NCBI GenBank assembly: GCA_951406725.2
Contig: OX597822.1
Coordinates: 16,244,001-16,308,000, forward strand
Source of the DNA: Octopus vulgaris
Lineage: Eukaryota
Direction of reading: 5' to 3'
Length of the DNA stretch: 64,000 nucleotides
Positions 55,176 to 64,000 of the stretch are shown here, in pieces. The notes under the pieces are model-generated. The model was given only the letters and a program-made list of their open reading frames with translations, did no database searches and had not been told where the DNA came from. Numbering within the stretch: position 1 is the stretch's first letter; every line of letters begins with the position of its first letter. The translations under genes were made by a program, and so were the position numbers.

Positions 55176-56319
55176 AAAACTTAGATAAAACTTAGATATG
55201 TTTCGACCAGAGATTGGTCCAGGCCATGTCTAACTTAATAGCACCACCTGATAGGATTATTCGAATCCTGTTTAAGTCAAGTTTTGTTCAAGTAGTGAGT
55301 TCTTGTTGGGTGAGTTGTATCCAGTTTTGTTCAAGTAGTGAGTTCTTGTTGGGTGAGTTGTATCCAATTATGGGTGGCTTGTCTGGTATTCTTTGAAGGA
55401 ATCTATCCAGACTCTGTTTGAAGTTGATGGGATCCTTTTCCTCTTTGATCTCCCTCGGGACAATGTTAAATAGGGCAGGGCCTGTTGAGGAAAAGAAATT
55501 ATGTTGCAGTGTACATGTATGTTGTGATCTTGAATTTGGCAGGGGACGTATAGCCCGTGGTCCAAGTCTCGGATAAACCTTGAAGCTAATGTTTAGGTCG
55601 TTTGGGCAAAGTTGGCGGTATATTTTCCACATCGTACAAATGATGTACCGCTCACGGCGACGCTGGAGGGAGTAACGTTTCAAGGCTTTAAGGCGATCCC
55701 AATAGTCGAGAGCAGCCATGCCTTCAATTTGTTTAGTGAGAGCCCTCTGGGGTGACTCAATTCTGGAGATGTTTTGTCTTGTGTGAGGAGACCACAGTGG
55801 GCAGCAGTATTCAAGGTGTGGCCGTACAAAGGATGAAAAAAGTGGTATGATGACACCTTGTTCTCTGGACCGGAAAGTTCTTAAGATCCAGGAACTCATC
55901 CTACGAGCTGTATCGACCTTCTTGTTGATGTGTGCACTCCAACTGAGATCGTCATCAACAATTACACCCAGGTCTCTGATATTGTTAGAGGCTGTGAGCG
56001 GTTCCCCTGAAGGAAGAGAGTATGGTTGTTTTAGTGAGGAATTTCTTCCAAAATGCATCAGCTCAAATTTTCCCTCATTCAGTTGCATTTTGTTTCTGTC
56101 TGCCCATTGACTCACAGCATATAGGTCAGACTGGAGTTGAGTTCGGTCTGCTTCTTCATTGACGATTTGCTGGAGCTTAGTGTCATCAGCGAATATTTTC
56201 ACTTTGCAGTGATGTACGACACTGGAAAGGTCGTTTACATAAATTATGAAGAGTAGCGGACCCAAAACAGTTCTCTGGGGAACACCGCTGGTGACTTTTG
56301 CTGGGTTTGAGTGGACTCC

Positions 56320-56320
<1 letters not shown>
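55176..56320 (-). mobile_element. Young 5'-truncated CR1-clade LINE (RT C-terminal half plus 3' UTR)
   Basis: Uninterrupted ORF: VTSGVPQRTVLGPLLFIIYVND, KIFADDTKL, RDLGVIVD, FVRPHLEYCCPLWSP, SLQRRRER; 3' stem-loop gacca-atctc-tggtc and (atctaagtttt)2 tail; flanked by tacatac repeats. Confidence 0.93.
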
Positions 56321-56375
<55 letters not shown>

Positions 56376-56438
56376 ACATGCTTGACCGTAAAATCCACAA
56401 GATTTTTTTTATTCTCTCTTTGTTTATTTACTCGTGTT

Positions 56439-56476
56439 CCTTTCTGTCGAAGAGCGCAGGCTCGGAATGCAAAAGG
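56439..56476 (+). ncRNA. Decayed minimal hammerhead motif (CTGACGAA-type)
   Basis: ccttt-CTGTCGA-a-gagc-gcag-gctc-GGAA-tg-CA-aaagg: stems I (5 bp) and II (4 bp) intact, catalytic core mutated. Confidence 0.5.
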
Positions 56477-56571
56477 CTTTCTCACTTTCGAGCGTCAAAA
56501 TAATACACCTGCTTGTTGTTCATACACCTGACTTCGTATTTTGCTTTCTGTAAATTTCAACTATATATATA

Positions 56572-57195
56572 TCTATATATATAAAACTCACCTTGTGCGT
56601 CTGTGTGTTTAACTTCCCGGCACATCTCCTAGCCAACAAATCGTAGAACCACCAAAAATGGGTCACTTAACGTTTAGACAAATGAAAATTGAACTGCGCC
56701 ATTTCTGTTCCGAAATTCATCTCGCAAGTGCAAAAATCGATAATGTGTTTGTTTAGGCCTTATCCCATGCATAGAATAGTGAACTTTACTCAGTCAACTT
56801 TTTGACGTGAACTGTGTTCACCACGCGTGCAAAAATAAAAATCAAAATATAAAAACGAATTGCCGTAAACATTGTAGAAATTCGGCAAAGAAAGGAATTT
56901 TCGGGATGTAACCGGGAGGGTTTTTTCGTATTAATCGTTTGGACTTTGTGAACACATACCAATTGTTTTCATAACATTTTTAACGCTTTGAATTAAATTT
57001 GACCATTTTGCGTTGAGCCTGCGGTTTGAATCACTTTAACCAAATTTTAGCAGGCCGGATTTTTGATCATCACGATACATCGCCAGCGACTCCCTGAAAC
57101 TCTCCCCGGAAATCCCCGTTGAGAAATCTATATATATAAAACTCAACTTGTGTGTCTGTGTGTGTATCTGTGTGTGTGTCTGTGTGTTTAATTTT
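56572..57195 (+). mobile_element. Helitron H1 5' portion, with a second H1 5' end at 57127
   Basis: TCtatatatataaaactca at 56572 and 57127; body is the reverse complement of 33655-34200. Confidence 0.85.
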
Positions 57196-57244
57196 TGGAT
57201 CTACCAAGTTTCATTATTAAGGATGGAAAGTAGAGTGTAGCAAA

Positions 57245-57631
57245 TCTATATATATAAAGCTGAAGTTGTCTGTGTGTGGCAGGTTTGGTAGACTTCAACT
57301 AACACTATCTCCTGCGAGACCCTGCAGCGCAAGTTGACCAAAATTGAGAGTATGATAGAAGGCTTGCTCTTCATTCTGTAGAAGATAAAATTCAAATCGG
57401 ACCATGTTAACACCAAAAATTATTTACATCAAAAAGGTGCTTTTTTTCTATGAAAATCCCTATTTTTTTACGATTTTTGACTGCTGTGTCACCATTTTTC
57501 GGTGTATTTCAACTGGAAAAATGTTCACTTGGAGAAAATAACAAGTTGCATAATGCAAAATTTTTACTTTTAAAAAATTTCAATTTTAAAGGGTCGAAAC
57601 AAACCCAAGCAACACCGGGTGATAATGCTAG
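57245..57631 (+). mobile_element. Short complete non-autonomous Helitron (family H3)
   Basis: A|TCtatatatataaagctg start; decayed hairpin acccaagcaacaccgggt; CTAG|T end. Confidence 0.8.
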
Positions 57632-57670
<39 letters not shown>

Positions 57671-57699
57671 GTACGTATGTATGTATGCATGTATGTATG

Positions 57700-58545
57700 T
57701 ATGTCATTATTTCGTTTATTTCAAGATTTCTTGCTAATAGTGAAAGAACCGGTTTCTAATCTAGATCCCAGGTTCCTTCATTGGAATGTCAACATGTATG
57801 TATATATCTATGTATTCTCATGCATAGAGTTACATATCTAGACATGCTTATATATATTTAAATGATGAACTTCTGGAAAGTTTTACAGATTTTTACAGTT
57901 CCAGTGATGGATTGGATCTGTAGCCTTCGAATTAGGTTTCTCCTTTCTGGATTTGTGAAGCCTAACTTCGCAACATTGGTATTTAGGCAGTGTATTACAT
58001 ATCCCAGGGTCCCAATTATTACAGGTATATACCTGAACTTATAATCTGGATAGAGTAACTAGATTTTTCAATAGTTCAGCATAGGAATTCTCTTTTTCCC
58101 TGATCTTCAGCTTTATGTTAGCATCCACTGGGCAGCTAATTCCCACAACTCCGCACTGTTTCTCTTCTCTATCCCAAATCATTATATCAGATCTGTTGTG
58201 CTTACATTTTATTGAAGTCTTCACTGTTACATTCCACCATATTCCTTTTCATTATGAGTGGCTGTGGTTTCTTTTTCCTCGGAATTATCTTTTCGATGGA
58301 TTTCATCATAGAAACTCCTAGTTACAACATCATGTCTCATCGGTAGATAATACTATGATGACATTTTTGGACAACTGCTTGGGTGATATCTTCAGTGTGA
58401 ATTCCACAAAGTCTGCATCGGTCGTCACATTTTATGGCTTTTCCCGCATCTCTATCCCTTTTGTGCATCAGGTACTCGGTTGATATTTCCTGTTCCTGGA
58501 TTGCAAACTCATACCCTTCAAAGTGGGCGGTAGTAATCTGGCTAT
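57700..58545 (-). mobile_element. RLE-type LINE 3' region, same family as 29290-29900
   Basis: CRLCGIHTEDIT zinc-knuckle remnant; KHNRSDIMIWDREEKQCGVVGISCP; same 3' UTR; both ends in (CATA)n. Confidence 0.82.
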
Positions 58546-59754
58546 TCGTATGTATGTATGTATGTATGTATGTATGTATGTATGTATGTATGTATGTGTG
58601 TATAGAATGTTTGAAGTGATTTACAGATATTGTACATTAAGAGAAAGGAGGCAGTTAGGGCTTTCGTTCGTTTATCAAACTCGTAAAGATAAAAAAACAA
58701 AATGATAAAAGCAGAACGTTTCCTTGTTCAATTATATGAATCGGATGTTTTGTTTTGTTTAGAAGATGAGAAATTATTTCTGTTTTTTTTGTGTGTGGGG
58801 GGAAGTGAGGAGAGGGAGAAATAAAAGCAAACAGGGGTAAAATAGTGATTTCTTTTCGATTATAAAATAAATAAATAATTAAAAAATGAAGAAAAATATA
58901 TGTCCTGAGAGCAGGACAATCAAGAAAAAAAGGTAAAAATAAAGTAAAGGGTGGGGAAAGCAGGTGATGGATAGATAGATAGATAGAGAATGCGAGGGAG
59001 AGAGAGAGAGGTTCCTTTTCAATTTGCTGTCAACCCATTGAAATTTCATTACAAAGCATTTTTTGTTTTCCTTCTTTTCTCTTCCACCCCTTTCCTTTCT
59101 CATTGTAAAATATCAACATATTAGTGAATAAACACATTTTCTCACAAGGGCCAGATGACCTTTCAAGGTGTCAATTTTAGGAAGTCGAATGGGAAAGATA
59201 AGAAGAGAGAAGGAGAAGAAAAATTTTTTGTTTCTTAAGTGGGTGCGGTTGTCACTGTAAAGTTTGAAAACAAAGAGGCTTCAAAGTCCTATGAAAATGT
59301 GTATTTCTTTACACCAGTATAGTGAAATCCTATATTCTGCGTAATTCCCTGTTTTGCGCGAACATTAAATATTAGTACAACATTCATAAATTAGGAAAAT
59401 AAAGTCAGAATATAAAGAGTAATTGATTTATAATACACTCTATTCTCTATGTACATTTAATCAAAAATTATAAATGAGTTGTGTATTAACATGTATATTG
59501 TATATTTAGATGGAAGCCACTCTGTAGCATACAAATTATATAACAAAGAAGGTCCTACTTAAATGTATTTTTGAGTAGGATTTATTTTTCTTTATCTTCC
59601 TTGGATAAGATAATTCAAAAGACATATTTTTCAAGAATTACTTTGCTAAATTAGATATCTTCCTTAATCAGTAGTAAAATGGTTCTAGTATTCTCCCTCG
59701 GGGATATATAAGTTCTATAATAACAACATCTGTCAAAATCCTAATGTTATATAT

Positions 59755-59975
59755 ATATTCTTTTACTTGTTTCAGTCATTTGACTACGGCCATGCTGGCG
59801 CACAACCTTTATTCGAGCAAATCGACACCAGGACTTATTCTTTGTAAACCTAGTACTTATTATTTTGGCTTCTTATCGGCTGTCAACCGATGCTGGGGGA
59901 ACAAACACATATATATATATATATATACATATATACGACGGGCTTCTTTCAGTTTCCGTCTACCAAATGCACTCT
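59755..59975 (-). mobile_element. SINE family B, internally deleted
   Basis: ttttacttgtttcagtcatttgactacggccatgctgg..ggacttattctttgtaaacctagtacttatt..cgacgggcttctttcagtttccgtctaccaaat. Confidence 0.8.
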
Positions 59976-60339
59976 CAATTGGAATTTGCAAAAAGAAACA
60001 AACAAAACAAAAGGTGAAGACAGGTGTATAAACAACAAACAGATGTATTAGTTTAACAGACATGTATACATGTCTCTGTGTGTCCGTATATATATATATA
60101 TATATATATTATTCAAAGGAATTCCAACTCTTTTTTTATGTTTTATGTATATTCTTTATAATATTAATGTAGAATATAGAATATATAGTATAAATAGTAT
60201 ATATAGTAAAATGAAATGAAGTATTGATTGAATAGATGAAATATTGAATATCAAATATTAAGGGACTAGTATACTTTCTTGCATTTAAGCAGTTTTCAGG
60301 GTCCCAGGTTGTGACAGGAATATATATATACATGTGTGT

Positions 60340-60560
60340 ATGTGTGTGTGTTTCAGTTTGTGTTTCTTTTTATCACCGCACCACTGCTTGGCAACCAGTG
60401 TTGGTTTGTTTGCGTCCTCCTAACAGCGTCATGGTTCGGCAAAAGAAGCCGATAGATTATGTAGAAGGCTTTTCAAAATATCGGGTCCCATTTATTCGAC
60501 TAAACCGTCCAAGGCGGTGCCTCCAAATGACCTCCCACTAATAACGCCAAAGAAATAAAT
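60340..60560 (+). mobile_element. SINE family B degenerate 3' half
   Basis: gcttggcaaccagtgttggtttgttt..ggttcggcaaaaga..ccgataga..ttcgactaaa..aaggcggtgcctcca. Confidence 0.65.
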
Positions 60561-61274
60561 GATAACAGGAAAGAGAGAAGTCTTCTGCACACGCTACGCT
60601 TACGGATCACAAATGGCGCTGCCTCAACGTGGGTAACTCAGGAACACATTATACAATGACGTCATTATTATCCATAAAAATTCCGAATTCTACCGACTTG
60701 GATTCCTTTGATGTTAGGTTTCTTCGACTGTGGTTGAGCTGGAGCTAATCAGCACCAACAAATCACTTGAGTGACCACCTGCATTATATAAACAACTCAG
60801 TTCTATCTAGACTGACAGTGCGGTACATAATTTGATTTTAACTCTTCAATAAATATAAAAGCGATTTAATTGTTTTATATATCAGATCCTGATAACAGTG
60901 ATATATATAATTCAATATGAAGCTGGTTTTATGTATGTTAATTGAAGTTGACTAAATTTGTCTCGAACTTGCAAACTTCAAACGAATCAGAATTATGAAT
61001 ATTTAAACATTTTACCAAACTTCGTCTCTTCTTAGATTTTAACATAAATATACTCCGGCATCCGTTTGATCCTGCCTCATATATCGATATCAATGTATTG
61101 GGGTTAACATAAAAGTAACGGATTACATGCACACGCATACACACACACACACACACATTCACAGACACACATACACGCACACACAATGTATATGTTTATA
61201 CATATAGACATATATATGTATGTGTGTATGTGTCTGTATGTATATATATATATACATATATATATGTATGTATG

Positions 61275-61305
<31 letters not shown>

Positions 61306-61348
61306 TATATATATTTATAAATATAGACACAGACAGACAGGGAGACAG

Positions 61349-61386
<38 letters not shown>

Positions 61387-61774
61387 TGGAAGTTAAAAGT
61401 TCCGTAAAAATCCATGGCTAGGATTTGATTTGCATACAACTTGGCGGAATTTAAAAATTCGGTCACCGGACACATCATAAACCATTCCCATCTCATTGTA
61501 TATTTCAGTGTAAAGTTGGTTATCTCCCCCGTGTCTTCCTATCTATTCCTTTTCGGCTTCGTTTTGAGCCTTCCTTCTTCATATGTCATCTGCAGAGTAA
61601 AAGGCTGTCAAACAACCACTTTTTTTTATCAGCTTGATGAATGGCGAAAGAAATTAACGATTCGACCAGGACACCCGGGGTAGTTGTATTTTTTACGCTT
61701 ATAAGACTATTTTTCGTTTCTTAATTGATCAAGTATTACTCAACTTGTTGAAGCCTTCGCACAGACGTATATTT

Positions 61775-61793
61775 ATACACACACACACACACA

Positions 61794-61863
<70 letters not shown>

Positions 61864-61919
61864 CACACACACATATATATTGCTTATCGAAACATCTGTA
61901 TAAAATGAGGTAGACAGAT

Positions 61920-61964
<45 letters not shown>

Positions 61965-62002
61965 GCTAGATAGATAGATAGATAGACAAACAGACAGACA
62001 GC

Positions 62003-62095
<93 letters not shown>

Positions 62096-62108
62096 GGATG
62101 GATGGATG
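61775..62108. repeat. Compound (CA)/(TA)/(TG)/(CAGA)/(GATA) microsatellites
   Basis: Directly visible. Confidence 0.9.
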
Positions 62109-62906
62109 TGAAGTGATTTGTTTGTAATATACCTGTTGATATACTCATCCGCATCTATATAAAATAACATTCACACCAATGAATAAACTTTTAGCTATTA
62201 CAAAGTATGCCGGGTAGACACGATTTTGTGTTACTCAACTTTGTTCTTATTCTTATTCTTATTCTTATTCTTCTCATACGTAGTGATATTGTCATTTCAA
62301 CTGATGATGACAGTTCAGTTGCTATATTTGACCAACCTTGGTTTAATATTTCCTCTATCTAAGACAATATTGCACATAATTCATTCTGTTCTGAGAAGTC
62401 GCTTCGTAAGTATTAATATTTTCTAAAAGAATTGAAATAAATTACATCGCAATGTCCAGTGATAAGATGCATTGTGTCAACCGATGAATAGTTTCTGCGA
62501 CGAGTTGACAGTTCTATGTAACCTAGTGACATTGTTAACGGTGAATAAAAAGATCGAAAAGGAAAAAGAAAGTGAAAAGGAAACGAAACACAGCGGCAGA
62601 GGAAAGCAAGTAAAGTATGGTAATCAAAACAGAGCAATCGTATGTAGAGAATTGATGTCTCCCGGGTTATTGAATTGAAATTGTGTAAGATGGAACCATC
62701 TGTGTATTAACCTTCATAACTATGATTCTTCGGAGGAATAGTAAAAGTTTGTTATTGAGACAAGATCGCAAGACCTCAATCATTCCAAGTAAAATCTGCT
62801 ATTTCAAATGACAAAACCAGGCAGGCCCCCATCAGTAAATGCGTGAAATAATAATAGCCTACTCATATGGATAGTAAATATAATTCATATTTACATCTTG
62901 CTGAAT

Positions 62907-62921
62907 CCGCCAGAGGGCACC
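62907..62921 (+). promoter_or_regulatory. CTCF-like motif
   Basis: ccgccagagggcacc resembles the CC..YAGRKGGCRC consensus; lies in non-repetitive DNA; motif match only. Confidence 0.3.
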
Positions 62922-63465
62922 AAAAAGGCAAATTGAATAGATAATAACAATAGATGTCTTGACGGAAAAGGAAAAAAATAGAAAGAATATGATTTGTACA
63001 CTTGATAATAAAACTCGACGCTGGTTGTGTAGTGGAGATTATCTTTCAATGCACCATTTTCATACTGAATAAGCTTCCGAGTTACACTTGGAACATAATC
63101 TATTTCAAAAGAGAGGTTATTTTTCTTTCATTTTCTAAATTGTTTATATTTTTTTTTGCGTGAGTGAATGCCTCTCTGTCTACTTTCTACCTGTATCAAA
63201 AGGTATGTGTCTGGTTTAATATACATTATTTGTATAAATATCAACGGAAATATGTCTTGCTATATAATCTTTTTATCGTATGTAATAATGAATATATGCT
63301 ACATGAATTAATATGCAAATGATATCAATCAATATATATTTATGTGTATGTATGTATGTATATGTATGTATGTATATATATATATGTATGTATGTATATA
63401 TGTATATATATACATATATATATAAATATATATATATGTGTGTGTGAGTGTGTGTGTGTGTGTGT

Positions 63466-63740
63466 GGAGGCGCAATGGCCCAGTGGTTAGGGCAGCGGAC
63501 TCGCGGTCGCAGGATCGCGGTTTCGATTCCCAGACCGGGCGTTGTGAGTGTTTATTGAGCGAAAACACCTAAAAGCTCCACGACGCTCCGGCAGGGGGTG
63601 ATGATCCCTGCTGTACTCTTTCACCACTCTTTCGCCCATTCTTTCTTCTGTTGGCCTGCTCGCGGGGTGGCGTCATTCGAAGGCTAAAACAATGCGAACG
63701 CATTGCGACCAGCGATGTGTAACAACATTTGATGGTGATA
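63466..63740 (+). mobile_element. tRNA-derived SINE family C
   Basis: A-box TGGCCCAGTGG and B-box GGTTTCGATTCC followed by a non-tRNA body; CpGs retained, suggesting a young copy. Confidence 0.8.
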
Positions 63741-64000
63741 TATATTTCGTTTTTGGATTTGGTTTGCAAGATTCTTTATATGAGTTCGTGTGTTGAAGCA
63801 TATTCTGTTGTGTCTGGGGAGAGTCATTCTCTTTTAGTGCCTTATTATTTAACACACTCACCGGTAAAATTTCCACTTATTTCTTATTTTTATTTTCTAA
63901 AATTTTCGTTGCGTCCTGCAACCTTTTCACTAGTCTTGACTTTGTCTGTCATTTACACTGCATTCCCTTTTGATTGTTTGTGCGCATGTGTATGGGTCAA

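Noticed and set aside
55197-55236. CTG-gacca..tggtc-GAAAC on the minus strand as a ribozyme
   Set aside because: Lacks the ANGA core; better explained as the CR1 3' stem-loop
63466-63540. tRNA gene
   Set aside because: A and B boxes are present but there is no proper acceptor stem or terminator, and it continues into a SINE body

Overview
This is an AT-rich, microsatellite-dense eukaryotic window. The repeat landscape suggests an animal, probably a cephalopod such as Octopus; that assignment is inference, not a database result. I see no host protein-coding exon I can support, so it reads as intergenic or deep-intronic DNA made largely of transposon debris. Recognisable elements include: a full-length but dead mariner nested in an old APE-type LINE; several deleted mariner derivatives; a degenerate Penelope-like element; R4/Dong-type RLE LINEs in (TAA)n and (CATA)n microsatellites; a young 5'-truncated CR1-clade LINE; non-autonomous Helitrons; a piggyBac-type MITE; and at least three SINE families. 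The most interesting hidden layer is a dispersed set of minimal type I hammerhead ribozyme motifs (CTGANGA..stem II..GAAA-palindrome-TH). These lie in non-coding, probably Penelope-derived terminal-repeat relics, some of which form long fold-back palindromes. In one case the fold-back point sits exactly at the 5' edge of the ribozyme core. All calls were made by eye; boundaries of degenerate elements are approximate.
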